This document shows positions 7,960-18,059 of a stretch of 50,693 nucleotides of DNA, one piece after another. This DNA comes from Prevotellaceae bacterium (GTDB lineage: Bacteria; Bacteroidota; Bacteroidia; Bacteroidales; UBA932): the NCBI GenBank assembly GCA_031275825.1, contig JAISOH010000059.1:1-50693 (forward strand). Direction: 5' to 3'. The notes beneath the pieces are model-generated. The model was not told the origin of the DNA, searched no databases, and saw only the letters and a list, made by a program, of their open reading frames with translations. The position numbers were made by a program, and so were the translations under genes. Positions within the stretch are counted from its first letter, which is position 1, and every line of letters starts with the position of its first letter.

Positions 7960-10626
7960 TTAAATTTTCATATTGAATTTCAACATAATATATCCGGGAA
8001 TACGGTAAAGATAATTTTCTACGATAACATTTTCTATATGTGAAATTTCGCGCCAGCGTTTATTCGACAAATGCAACATATCGCTGCCTGTTAATTCAAT
8101 TCCGTATTTTTCGTTGAATTTGTATCGCACATTTGCATCCCAGTAATAAAAATTTTGTGTAATCTTGCCTGCATTATTATTTTCATAACCAACAGATGTT
8201 GATATATAAAAACGGTTTTTAGCGAACGATATTTTTCCCGTATAACGTTGGATATCCTGCTTGTTCGAAACTGTTGTTTTGTAATATGACTGTGAAAAAT
8301 TTGCATAAACAGATCCATTGAAACCCTGTTTGTAACCGCTTTCTATTCCGATATTTGCCGATGGCGAATAACTGCGATATTTTATTTTGTTACTATTTAT
8401 AAAATATAGATATTTATTTTGCTGATAATTTATTTCTATTCTAAAATTTATCGGAGCAAATAAAAATTTTTTGGAAAAAGATGACATCGCAAAAAATGTT
8501 TGTTTTTCAGGACTTGTAACTGTTTTGACTTCATTTGTCAATCCTGCACGGAAATAATCTTTTGTTGTTGTATTTTTGTTGGTTTCGTACGATATATTTG
8601 TTATCAACTGTAAATTTCTGAATTGATTTACGATTATTAATAATGATGATATTCTGTGTTTTACGTAATATAAATCTGTAACATTGTTGCCGTACATATA
8701 GTTGCTGTAATCATTTAGATATATGCTCGAAATCAAATTTCCTGCTGATAATGAACTGATATTTTTGCTATAAGAAATTGTTAATCGCTGCGAGTGTTTC
8801 GGTACAAATGAAAATTCAATCTGCGGTTCGAAAATAATTTTATTGTTATCTGCAAGTATGTTTACATTATCTTTGGATGTGATATTTCGCAGAGCGCCTC
8901 CAATTTTAAATCCAAAAACTCCTTTGTTTTTTATAAATTTTAAGTTTAAACTTTGGTCAAAGCGATTAAAAAAAATATTATTTGATAAATTATCATCCGC
9001 AAGTAATTTTTTATTGCTGTTTGGAATCTTATCATAAATACAGGATGTAAATACATTATACATATAACCTGCTCCAAGCGTTATACGCATAAAATACTGT
9101 TCGTTAAACCTGTGTAAATATGAAAAATCCAATGTTGTATTAACATTTTTTGTTGCACTTTCCTGTAATCCGTAAAACATATTACCTGTTTCGGTAAAAG
9201 GTATCGGCAATAAAAGCGAATCTGTTCGAAAGTCGTAATATGCAGGACTCATTTTATATGAAAAACTTGCATTTGCCGTTAAAACATTTTCATTTATTTT
9301 TTTCAGCATGGTAAAAGCATGACTTGTATTCAACGATTTTTTACTGTTTTTGTCAAATACATAAAAATCAATATTTTTTACATCCGTATTGAATTTTACG
9401 AAAGTGTCATCAAATTTTCCCTGATAACTGTAATTTGTTTTTTCTGAAAAGTCGTATGCTAATTTCAAAAATACACTGCCGATGATATTGTATTTTTTTG
9501 TTTTTTCGAAATTAAAATAATTTTCATTCGTATCAAAGAAAGTATATCTTTTTTCCTTATCGGCTCTCAATTTCGATAAATTCAAAAGTCCATAAGAATT
9601 TATTTTAATTTTTTTGTTTGGCTGTGACGATAAATTTACGGAAGTTAAGGCGTTGGTATTACTGTAAACATTAGAAATATCAGGTTGCAGTAGCGCTGTT
9701 TCCGTTTCGTCAAACTCAAACGAAAATACATCGGTATTGTTAATAAATTCATTTAATCCGCCCTTCATTTTCAGATAATCCATAAAATCCAAAAGCGATT
9801 CGCCTGTATTATTTGCCGAAAGCGTTACAGAACTCATAATTTTAGGGAATAAACTTATAATATTGTTTTTCGTAGAATATTTATCTTTTACGCCTCCTGA
9901 AACACTTAAATTTCCGGTAATTTTTCCCAAAAAACTGTCGTTTACTTTCACATTTACAGCAGTTTTTTCATGCGATTGAAATCCTCTTAAAATACTGTAT
10001 TCGCTGTAATTGGTAACAACTTCCACTTTGTCGGCAATGTTTGCAGGCAAATTTTGCGTTGCTATTTGCGTATTGCCCGAAAACAGATCTCTTCCTTCGA
10101 TAAGAACTGTTTCAACATTTTTTCCCTGTGCTTTTATTCTTCCCGATTTATCGACTTCAATTCCCGGAAGTTTGTTCATCATGTCGCCGAGAGTAATTTC
10201 CGAACCATCGGTATATGCACGCGGGTCATAACGTATCGTGTCGCCGATAATTTCAAAACCTTTATAGTTTGCCGTTATTTTGGCTTCATTAATCTTCTCG
10301 GCTTCTTCTTTCAAAATAAAATCTGTTTCCAAATCATTGTTGCCGAAAAACCATACATTTGTACTTTCTGCCGAATATCCTATGCATCTTGCTTCTACGC
10401 TGTATTGTCCGTTTTGTATTCCGTTTATCTGATATTTACCTGCTTCGTCGCTTGATGTATATTTTACAACCGCGGAATCTTTTGTTGTACGTAATGTGAT
10501 TGTGGCAAATGAAACAGGATTATTGCTGTCATTGATTATTTTGCCTTTCAGTTTGTTTGTTTGAGCAAAAATCACGTTTGAAGAGTAACAACAAAATATC
10601 AATATAACGACAATAAATTTTTTCAT
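7960..10626 (-). CDS. outer-membrane beta-barrel family protein (CarboxypepD_reg-like N-domain); module B
   Basis: 888 aa. It has a signal peptide and an N-terminal GKIINDSNNPVSFATITL...DEAGKY segment. A plug-like LPGIEVDKSG...IEGRD stretch is followed by a long beta-strand-rich C-terminal region. Confidence 0.8.
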   Translation of the reverse strand: MKKFIVVILIFCCYSSNVIFAQTNKLKGKIINDSNNPVSFATITLRTTKDSAVVKYTSSDEAGKYQINGIQNGQYSVEARCIGYSAESTNVWFFGNNDLETDFILKEEAEKINEAKITANYKGFEIIGDTIRYDPRAYTDGSEITLGDMMNKLPGIEVDKSGRIKAQGKNVETVLIEGRDLFSGNTQIATQNLPANIADKVEVVTNYSEYSILRGFQSHEKTAVNVKVNDSFLGKITGNLSVSGGVKDKYSTKNNIISLFPKIMSSVTLSANNTGESLLDFMDYLKMKGGLNEFINNTDVFSFEFDETETALLQPDISNVYSNTNALTSVNLSSQPNKKIKINSYGLLNLSKLRADKEKRYTFFDTNENYFNFEKTKKYNIIGSVFLKLAYDFSEKTNYSYQGKFDDTFVKFNTDVKNIDFYVFDKNSKKSLNTSHAFTMLKKINENVLTANASFSYKMSPAYYDFRTDSLLLPIPFTETGNMFYGLQESATKNVNTTLDFSYLHRFNEQYFMRITLGAGYMYNVFTSCIYDKIPNSNKKLLADDNLSNNIFFNRFDQSLNLKFIKNKGVFGFKIGGALRNITSKDNVNILADNNKIIFEPQIEFSFVPKHSQRLTISYSKNISSLSAGNLISSIYLNDYSNYMYGNNVTDLYYVKHRISSLLIIVNQFRNLQLITNISYETNKNTTTKDYFRAGLTNEVKTVTSPEKQTFFAMSSFSKKFLFAPINFRIEINYQQNKYLYFINSNKIKYRSYSPSANIGIESGYKQGFNGSVYANFSQSYYKTTVSNKQDIQRYTGKISFAKNRFYISTSVGYENNNAGKITQNFYYWDANVRYKFNEKYGIELTGSDMLHLSNKRWREISHIENVIVENYLYRIPGYIMLKFNMKI

Positions 10627-10652
10627 AAAAATCTTGCTGTTTGCGCTGTATT

Positions 10653-11351
10653 TTAGAATTGCAGGGCATTCATACGCTTTTCAACCATTTTTTTGTATTC
10701 TTCTTTTGTTGTTTTAGCGCCTTTTACAGGATCTTTTATTTCGCAGGATAATTCATCCGATACCTTTATTGCAGTGAATGTTGCTTCTTTTCTTATCATT
10801 TCCAGAACCAGTCCCTGCAATCCCGTATAAATAACGCCATCGCTTACAGGTAAATTTTTGCAAAACCAGACAATAATTGAATCGGATTTACAAACAGCTT
10901 TGGTGCAAACATAATTCAGTATTTTTTTTGTTGAATCGATAACAGTCCATTCATCTGCTTTCAATTCGCCGTCAATCAAAAAATCTTTTCCCAAAAAACT
11001 TTTCTGCTGAATTTCTCTCTTTGTTTTATGGTTTCTGTAAGTAATATCGTCTCCGATGTTTTCATTCATGTTAACCTTCATACCCATGATTTCGATTTCA
11101 TTGTTTTTGGAGTCGAGTTTCATGTTTCTGAAAAGACTTTCGCCGTTTGAATAGCAAAAGCAATATTTCATTTTCAATCCTCTTACCGATTTCATAATGT
11201 CGTCCATTATGCTTTGGTCAACGCCTGCAATTTTAATTTTATTTGCAGCGGGCTTGGGCTGTACTTCGTACACCACTTCTATTGTTTGAGCGTTTGAATA
11301 TACAAATGTCGCCAAACAGAATACTGCTGTTAAAAATAGTTTCTTTTTCAT
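10653..11351 (-). CDS. GLPGLI-family protein (secreted)
   Basis: 232 aa with a signal peptide. The motif GLQGLVLEM sits where this Bacteroidota family carries GLPGLI. The gene is adjacent to an OMP of the family it usually accompanies. Confidence 0.65.
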   Translation of the reverse strand: MKKKLFLTAVFCLATFVYSNAQTIEVVYEVQPKPAANKIKIAGVDQSIMDDIMKSVRGLKMKYCFCYSNGESLFRNMKLDSKNNEIEIMGMKVNMNENIGDDITYRNHKTKREIQQKSFLGKDFLIDGELKADEWTVIDSTKKILNYVCTKAVCKSDSIIVWFCKNLPVSDGVIYTGLQGLVLEMIRKEATFTAIKVSDELSCEIKDPVKGAKTTKEEYKKMVEKRMNALQF

Positions 11352-11378
11352 TGTTTTTTTTATTTTTAAATTAATTCA

Positions 11379-12062
11379 CTATATTTTAATATTTTTCATC
11401 AAATCTTCTACATTATTTTCTATCATTAGATAAAGCTGTTGCTTTAATATGTCAAACTCATCTATCGGATATTTGTTTTTTATTTCTCCGTCGGATATAT
11501 AAAAAATATAATCGCAAATATCGGGCAAAACTTCGATAATATGAGATGTAACAATAACTGTTTTTGTTGATTTTTTAAGTTTTTTCATTATTGTTTTTAG
11601 AATTTGCACGCTTTCTACATCTAATCCGTTAAAAGGCTCATCAAAGATATATATGTTTTTATTCATCTTCAATCCAAACAAAACAGATAATTTCTTTTTC
11701 ATTCCTGTCGAATAGTTATCTATTAACTCGTTCAACGGAATATTAAATAATTTTCCCCATAAATCAGCATCAAAATTTTTATTATTTATCAGGTTGAGAT
11801 ATTCTTTTCCTTTGATATATGAGTAGAAAAAATTTTCTGCTTCGATATATGCAATATTTTGTTTAGATAATTTTTCGTTGTTTTGTAAAATTGTTCCAGC
11901 ATCAACTTTTTTTATTCCGTAAATTGCGTTTAGCAGGGTTGTTTTTCCTGAACCATTGAGTCCGACAATGCCGTAAACATTACCTTTTTCAATTTTCATA
12001 CTGACGTTTTTAAGTACTTTCTTTTTTCCGTACGATACATTTATGTTTTCAATCGAAATCAT
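11379..12062 (-). CDS. ABC transporter ATP-binding protein
   Basis: Walker A GLNGSGKTT, signature YSTGMKKKL and Walker B IYIFDEP. Overlaps the upstream membrane gene by 14 nt. Confidence 0.9.
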   Translation of the reverse strand: MISIENINVSYGKKKVLKNVSMKIEKGNVYGIVGLNGSGKTTLLNAIYGIKKVDAGTILQNNEKLSKQNIAYIEAENFFYSYIKGKEYLNLINNKNFDADLWGKLFNIPLNELIDNYSTGMKKKLSVLFGLKMNKNIYIFDEPFNGLDVESVQILKTIMKKLKKSTKTVIVTSHIIEVLPDICDYIFYISDGEIKNKYPIDEFDILKQQLYLMIENNVEDLMKNIKI

Positions 12063-12996
12063 CCAAATAGAAATTTAAGTTATTGATAGCCTGTTTATAA
12101 CTGATTATTGCAAACGGAACAGTAAAAATCAATAATGGTAAAATCAGATTGCTTAACAGAATAAACATAACAATAACAATGTTTGCGCCCGAATATTTTG
12201 CAGGTTTGTACGTTGCGTATTTATTTAAAATTATAACAGAAAAACAAAATATATTTACCGTAAAAAAACAAATTGTTAACAACCACAGTTCGCAATTCAG
12301 AATTCCATGCAGAATAATAATTGGAGCAATTACTTTAAAATAATTTTTCATGTGTGAAAATAATTTGTTATTAATGAATTTTTTTGCTCCGTATTCGTTT
12401 ATAACCAGCATATTCAAAGGTTCATTCGCTTCATAAAAAGATGCAAATATTAATAAAATAATCCATGCAAACACGAGCGAAACATAAGAAATAAACGACA
12501 AAGATAAAGCCAATATCCACAGCAAAAACACAAATAATCCTGCACTTCTTAATCCCGCTATCCATTCAAAATTTTCGTTTTTTGCAAGTCGTGAAAAAAG
12601 CGATATTGAGGCAGTTGAATTTTTACGATGATACATATTTACAGTTGAAATTAAAAACATGCCCGCCAGTGACAATATCAGATAAAACAAATTTGTTGCA
12701 AAGACAATAAGGACAAGTAAAGGCAATGTATAAACAAGATATTCGGTAAAATAAACCAAATACGGATGTTCAAAAACAGCAGCAACAAATTTTTTATCTT
12801 TTCGTAATGAATGAATGGTTGCACTGCAAATATAACATGCCAATATAGATAATTTTTTGTTTTGGCTGAATGCATTATTAAGATATACGGCAAACAGCAA
12901 AACAATTACAAAAAGGACTATGATTCTAAGTATTCCCAATTCTTTCATTATTCTAATAAATTGCAATAATCTTATATGCAGCAGCGCTTTTAACAT
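12049..12996 (-). CDS. polytopic membrane protein, putative permease partner
   Basis: 315 aa with multiple hydrophobic segments. It is translationally coupled to the ATPase at 11379-12062. No recognisable family motif. Confidence 0.55.
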   Translation of the reverse strand: MLKALLHIRLLQFIRIMKELGILRIIVLFVIVLLFAVYLNNAFSQNKKLSILACYICSATIHSLRKDKKFVAAVFEHPYLVYFTEYLVYTLPLLVLIVFATNLFYLILSLAGMFLISTVNMYHRKNSTASISLFSRLAKNENFEWIAGLRSAGLFVFLLWILALSLSFISYVSLVFAWIILLIFASFYEANEPLNMLVINEYGAKKFINNKLFSHMKNYFKVIAPIIILHGILNCELWLLTICFFTVNIFCFSVIILNKYATYKPAKYSGANIVIVMFILLSNLILPLLIFTVPFAIISYKQAINNLNFYLDDFD

Positions 12997-12997
12997 A

Positions 12998-13762
12998 TTA
13001 ATGCATTCCTAATTTTCCATGCTTTTTTGCATAGTTTTCGGCAAATTTAAAACACATAATTCCAATTACAAGGTAAACCGTGCTATTGGCAATAATCATT
13101 ATCATATCAAATATTCCAAAATCATAATTGATATTTTGTATTATCGACAACGAAACTTTATTTGATGTGCCAAACGGCAGAATATGAAAGAATATTGAGT
13201 CCATATTTTTCAGAGATAAATATGAAATTCCTGAAAAAAATATAACACTAAAAATAGTAACAATCATACTAACTTGCTTGAAAGCAAGAATAAATGCTCC
13301 TGCAATTAAACTGAATCCCCATATGGACGGAATTCCTAATATAATAATTGGCAATCCTATCAAAAAACCTAACAAATTTGTTTTAATAATCAGAGATATT
13401 ATGCAGATTATTGAAAATGTAGGTATCATATTTAATATGAACGAACTTAATGCTTTAAGAAAAATAATTTTGCAATACCCTCCGCTACTTATATATAATT
13501 GTTCTAGTGTTCCCAGTGTACTATCGCCAATAATGCCTTGCGTTATCGAAGTGAAACTGGTTTGCATTATTAGCCATAAAACCAAAGGACCAAGCACTAC
13601 AAGTTTACTTTTTCCATGTGTTGCTATCGCTATGAAAGTATCGGGAATTAACAATATTCCTAAAAATATAACAGACATAAATATTATGCTCGCAATAGTA
13701 TTAGCCTTGTATCTCCACAAGTATAAAAATTCTTTTCTAAAGATTGTTTTAAGCAGCAACAT
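12998..13762 (-). CDS. ABC-2-type permease
   Basis: 254 aa with about 6 hydrophobic spans. It lies immediately downstream of the ATPase at 13771-14682. Confidence 0.7.
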   Translation of the reverse strand: MLLLKTIFRKEFLYLWRYKANTIASIIFMSVIFLGILLIPDTFIAIATHGKSKLVVLGPLVLWLIMQTSFTSITQGIIGDSTLGTLEQLYISSGGYCKIIFLKALSSFILNMIPTFSIICIISLIIKTNLLGFLIGLPIIILGIPSIWGFSLIAGAFILAFKQVSMIVTIFSVIFFSGISYLSLKNMDSIFFHILPFGTSNKVSLSIIQNINYDFGIFDMIMIIANSTVYLVIGIMCFKFAENYAKKHGKLGMH

Positions 13763-13770
13763 ATAATAAT

Positions 13771-14682
13771 TTATTTTTCTTTTATAAAATTTAAGTAAAT
13801 AGTTTCAACATCGTTGTTCATTTTCAATATATCTGTAATATTTACATTTTCATGCTCAAGATAATTCAATACTGTTGATAATCGGATTTGTTCAGTATTT
13901 ACATATATGCAATTACTTTTAAATTCAACGCCTGCAAATTCCGTATTTTGCGTTAAACTACAATCAAACGTTATCTTGTATATGTTATTGTTTATGTTTT
14001 TCATATCAATATCATGAATTTTACCTGATTTTATGAATAAATGCTTTGATGCTATCGTCCGGATAAACTCCAAATCATGCGAAGTAGCCAGTATCAATTT
14101 GTTTTTCACAAATTCACCATGTGAAAAAAACTCTTTCAATTGATTTTTTGATTCTACATCCAAACCTAATGTTGGTTCATCTAAAAATACAACAGGAGTA
14201 TCAACGACCAAAGTACAAATTAAGGCGGTTTTTTGCTGCATGCCTCGCGATAAGGTTTCAACAAGACAGTCTTTTTTGTCATATATGTATAAAGCTTTAA
14301 GCAAATCGCTTGCAAAATTTTTGATTTTCGAATATTTTATGCCGCGCAAACCCGCAAAAAAACGAATATTCTCCAATACGGTTAATTTCCAATAGATATT
14401 TCTGTTACCTTCAAGTACGGCGCTGTAATCTTTATGTGTCAATTTTCGTTTTTTTCCATTTTCTTCAAGCGTAATATTACCATCAAATGATATTAGATTT
14501 GTGCATGATTTTATAAATGTGGTTTTACCAGAGCCGTTCTGTCCGAGCAAACCAACAATCTGGTTATCGCTTATCTCAACAGAAATATCATCAAGCGCTT
14601 TAACTGCACCTTTTTTGTGTGGGTAATATTTTGTTAAATTTTTTATAGAAATGGTAGTCATAAATTTTGATTTATTTAACAT
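13771..14682 (-). CDS. ABC transporter ATP-binding protein
   Basis: Walker A GQNGSGKTT, signature LSRGMQQK and Walker B VVFLDEPT. The start may be the internal MTTISIKNL. Confidence 0.9.
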   Translation of the reverse strand: MLNKSKFMTTISIKNLTKYYPHKKGAVKALDDISVEISDNQIVGLLGQNGSGKTTFIKSCTNLISFDGNITLEENGKKRKLTHKDYSAVLEGNRNIYWKLTVLENIRFFAGLRGIKYSKIKNFASDLLKALYIYDKKDCLVETLSRGMQQKTALICTLVVDTPVVFLDEPTLGLDVESKNQLKEFFSHGEFVKNKLILATSHDLEFIRTIASKHLFIKSGKIHDIDMKNINNNIYKITFDCSLTQNTEFAGVEFKSNCIYVNTEQIRLSTVLNYLEHENVNITDILKMNNDVETIYLNFIKEK

Positions 14683-14708
14683 GCAAAATTAATAAAAAAC
14701 AGTTATAT

Positions 14709-15854
14709 TCATATTATAAATTGATTAATTTTTAAAATTCTATCCTGTATTTTTGGATGAGTACTGACGCAAAAAGTATATAATGGATGTTTATTGATTT
14801 TAATTAACGAATCATCTTCGATTTTATTTAACAGTGAAATAATCGCATTTTTGTCAATTAAATTAGCGGCATATTTATCTGCGTTATATTCTATTTGACG
14901 CGATATTATGTTTCTCACAACATATAATATCACAATTATAGGTAAAATGTACAGATGAAAATAAATCAAATTAATTATTAAATAAGGCGTTACAAAAATA
15001 TGCTTCATAAACAGTATAAACAATCCAATGAAAATTATTATATAGAAAATATTTTCTATAAGCTGCTTAATATTATCATTATTTTTGTAATGTGCTAATT
15101 CGTGTGCATATAATGCACAAATTTCTTCATTTGAAAAATTACTATTCATTAATCTACTAGAAAATATAACTTTCTTATTATCTCCATGCCCACAAATGCA
15201 AGCGTTTGCAGTCTTACTTTTTAATTCTGACACAAATATTTTTGTCATAACTTTGGCATGTCTGGCAATATCCTCCAATGATTTTTTTAACATTTCATCA
15301 TCTATTTCTTTCGCTTTAATGCCAATTGTTTGTATTTTGTCTTGAAAAATGGTTGTTAGAATTATAAATGCAGACAAAAAAGACAGAAGCAATATGCTTG
15401 AATTATCGTACATATATACAATAATGCAAAAAAATGCAATGCTAAAAGCAATTATAATACCAGATCTTAACGTGTAATCTATTATAAATTTATGCAAATT
15501 TCGTTTTATTTTATATATTTGTGCATCAAATATAATATTTAATATGTTTTTTATTAGCATATATAATCTAATTACAAAAACAATCAAAAACCACAATAAA
15601 ATATTTATTAATAACGAATTATATTTATGTTGAGTAATATTTATTAATAATTTATTATTTATTATAATATAAATAACTACTATAATGGTAAATTTAAATA
15701 ACATTTTGATAAGATACAGACATGAAAATTTACATCGAAAATTTTTCAAATTTAATTGTTTTCCAGTATAGAAATAATTAATAATGTCTGCTACTAAAAC
15801 TAATAATGAAATTATTACAAAATTTATTGTGCTTATCTCATATATTGCTTTCAT
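14709..15854 (-). CDS. M48-family (HtpX/Ste24-like) membrane zinc metallopeptidase
   Basis: 381 aa with multiple TM segments. It has HELAH (HEXXH), then NADKYAA and STHPKIQDRI downstream, as in M48 peptidases. Confidence 0.75.
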   Translation of the reverse strand: MKAIYEISTINFVIISLLVLVADIINYFYTGKQLNLKNFRCKFSCLYLIKMLFKFTIIVVIYIIINNKLLINITQHKYNSLLINILLWFLIVFVIRLYMLIKNILNIIFDAQIYKIKRNLHKFIIDYTLRSGIIIAFSIAFFCIIVYMYDNSSILLLSFLSAFIILTTIFQDKIQTIGIKAKEIDDEMLKKSLEDIARHAKVMTKIFVSELKSKTANACICGHGDNKKVIFSSRLMNSNFSNEEICALYAHELAHYKNNDNIKQLIENIFYIIIFIGLFILFMKHIFVTPYLIINLIYFHLYILPIIVILYVVRNIISRQIEYNADKYAANLIDKNAIISLLNKIEDDSLIKINKHPLYTFCVSTHPKIQDRILKINQFII

Positions 15855-15868
15855 ATTTTCTTATAAAA

Positions 15869-17704
15869 TTATAAAAATTCTTTAAAACAACAATCTTGCT
15901 GCATTTGTGTGTTTATCATATATTTATTTATCCGCTTGGATATTGTAAATTGATGAATAGTTAAACAGTCACTATATAATTTGCATTGTTCACAAGCAGG
16001 ACATTGGGGTAAATCAATATTTGCAAAAAAGGCATCTAAATTTTTAAATCCCTCTGAAATTTCATTAGCTATATTTTTTCCTAAAATTATATTAGCATCA
16101 ATTCCATCTCTTTTTGCTTCTAAAAATATCAGAATATTCTTGTAATAAGTATTTTCTACGTGATTTGTAAGTTGCATAAAGAATTTCATCCAATTAACAG
16201 CATTATGGATGTCATTTAACATGTATAAAAAGGCAACCATAAAATAAGCAATAGGTATGTGATACCAATAAGAATCATGCCTAAATGATAATTTTAATAA
16301 ATCTTTCATTTTTATAAAATCTGTATCCATACCCACATTTTGTATAATATTTGCTATTTTGCGTATTTTATATTGAGAAAGATTTTTACTTGGGAAAAAT
16401 AAATCTTCTATAGTATCAAAATCAACGTAAGAATTGAGAGACACATTATCAGTAGATGCATTTTTTCTTCCTATTGCCGAAATAGTTGGAATATAAATGT
16501 AAAAAGACGGAAAACCAAGGAAAGATACGTTACGCAAATATACATTATATCCATCAACTAAAAAATTATTTATTATCTTTTTAACTTCTTGGTTATATGA
16601 ATCGCCAGAAGAAAAAGTAGAACTATCGAATTCATAAGAATAATTTGTGCCGAATAGTGATATTGGAAATACTCCACTGCCATTCATAATAAACTTTCGT
16701 AATATCTTATCTCTTTGATGGATTGATTGTTCATCAGAATTAATAAAATAATCAAGTTCTTTTTGTGGCACATCTAATAGATTTTCGGCAAAAGTCTTTA
16801 TATCTTTATATCCTTGATAAATTTCGGTTAACGCTCTGCTTAATGCAATAGGAAAAGATGTATCTGACCCAACATTTAATTTATATTTTGTTTTTTCTTT
16901 GTTAATTATAATTACTCCTATTGCAGGTAGATGTTTACCTGCAGAAAAATCTTTAACAATAACATTATAATTTCCATCTTTCTCTATTTCTTTTATTAAC
17001 TTATATTCAGATGGATATTGCTTTATAAAATCAATAGCAATAGTTGGGGGTGTCAATTTTTCAAAATAAACTGTTGATGAGGCATATCGTTCATATAATT
17101 CACATAAACCTTGAAAAACTCCTTCTGATATTGTGTTTCCTGCTGCCATTCCATTTGAGCCTGTAAACATTAGCATAATGTTATATGGTAGATATATTAT
17201 GCTATTGTTCTTTACATCAAAAAACGGGACAGAAATTATTCCGTCATATCCATTCTTTCTGGCTTTATTAAAATAAATTTCTATTTCTTTTTCTGTAAGT
17301 CCATGTTTAAATACATCATCTAAAAATTCTTTAGGTAAATTTTTGAATTCATCTTTTGTCATTATTTTTTCATCCGGAAAAAAAACAAAACCAGTTTCTT
17401 TCTTAATTTGATCTAAAAACATTCTATTGAGAGATGCAGATCCACTCACAAAGCCATTTTGTAAACGTTCTATGAATTCTGCATAAGCACTTGCCAATGC
17501 ATATTGGCGTGTTCTTCCTTTACCGTTTGTTCCAAATTGTCCTCCTGCCGTATCTGCTTCTACTCTTACTGAAAATGTTCCTTCATACGGATTTCCCCAA
17601 TAACTTTCATAAACAAATATATCAAGATTTGCTAATATTGCTCGTATTTTATGAATTGTATTATTTGGAGTATCTTCTTTGTATTTTCTTTTAGTCATAA
17701 TCAT
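15869..17704 (-). CDS. YcaO-domain protein, long E. coli-like architecture (module B)
   Basis: 611 aa. YcaO signatures are GTNGKGRTRQYALASAYAEFIERLQN and GSNGMAAGNTISEGVFQGLCELYERYA. It has a C-terminal CPACEQCKLYSDC (CX2CX2CX5C). Confidence 0.88.
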   Translation of the reverse strand: MIMTKRKYKEDTPNNTIHKIRAILANLDIFVYESYWGNPYEGTFSVRVEADTAGGQFGTNGKGRTRQYALASAYAEFIERLQNGFVSGSASLNRMFLDQIKKETGFVFFPDEKIMTKDEFKNLPKEFLDDVFKHGLTEKEIEIYFNKARKNGYDGIISVPFFDVKNNSIIYLPYNIMLMFTGSNGMAAGNTISEGVFQGLCELYERYASSTVYFEKLTPPTIAIDFIKQYPSEYKLIKEIEKDGNYNVIVKDFSAGKHLPAIGVIIINKEKTKYKLNVGSDTSFPIALSRALTEIYQGYKDIKTFAENLLDVPQKELDYFINSDEQSIHQRDKILRKFIMNGSGVFPISLFGTNYSYEFDSSTFSSGDSYNQEVKKIINNFLVDGYNVYLRNVSFLGFPSFYIYIPTISAIGRKNASTDNVSLNSYVDFDTIEDLFFPSKNLSQYKIRKIANIIQNVGMDTDFIKMKDLLKLSFRHDSYWYHIPIAYFMVAFLYMLNDIHNAVNWMKFFMQLTNHVENTYYKNILIFLEAKRDGIDANIILGKNIANEISEGFKNLDAFFANIDLPQCPACEQCKLYSDCLTIHQFTISKRINKYMINTQMQQDCCFKEFL

Positions 17705-17734
17705 TTAAAATAAGTTATTTAATTGATAATAAAA

Positions 17735-17762
17735 AAATAGGGTACAATATCGTACCCTATTT
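17735..17762 (-). terminator. hairpin plus T-run between the mini-ORFs and YcaO B (attenuator/terminator-like)
   Basis: AAATAGGGTAC (17735-17745) pairs with GTACCCTATTT (17752-17762) around a 6-nt loop. On the minus strand a T7 run follows it. Confidence 0.6.
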
Positions 17763-17773
17763 ATACTCTCAAC

Positions 17774-17890
17774 TTAGATTACAGATCTGTTTTGGAAATG
17801 AAAATAAGCCGGCGCAGCACTTGCTGCCATTAAAAGTAAGATAGGTACAGCAGCGACTTCATGTTCTTCTTCTTGTGTAAAATACTTCAT
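17774..17890 (-). CDS. mini-ORF B1 (38 aa), candidate precursor peptide or small membrane peptide
   Basis: Below the ORF-track cutoff. It reads MKYFTQEEEHEVAAVPILLLMAASAAPAYFHFQNRSVI and is a paralog of B2. Confidence 0.55.
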   Translation of the reverse strand: MKYFTQEEEHEVAAVPILLLMAASAAPAYFHFQNRSVI

Positions 17891-17945
17891 GATTTTGATT
17901 TTTAAAAAATTAAACATTAATAGATAATATAAGACCCCAAAGAAA

Positions 17946-18059
17946 TTATATCAAACTACGATTTTCATGAAAAAGAAGGAATCGTAATAAGGTAGCTAAA
18001 ATTGGAGCTAAATTTAATTCTTCATTTGAAGAATCCTCATAATTTGTAAAATACTTCAT
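17946..18059 (-). CDS. mini-ORF B2 (37 aa), paralog of B1
   Basis: It reads MKYFTNYEDSSNEELNLAPILATLLRFLLFHENRSLI. With B1 it shares the MKYFT start, an acidic stretch, a hydrophobic centre and an FH-x-NRS-(V/L)-I end. Confidence 0.55.
   Translation of the reverse strand: MKYFTNYEDSSNEELNLAPILATLLRFLLFHENRSLI

Noticed and set aside
13278-13766. 162-aa plus-strand ORF
   Set aside because: It lies entirely antisense within the ABC-2 permease gene, which has coherent TM segments and operon context.
15869-17704. Reading the YcaO genes as TOMM-type cyclodehydratases (azole formation)
   Set aside because: The window contains no E1-like/Ocin-ThiF partner and no dehydrogenase. The nearby peptides are not Cys/Ser/Thr-rich. 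The proteins have the E. coli-like long architecture, so the chemistry is left open.
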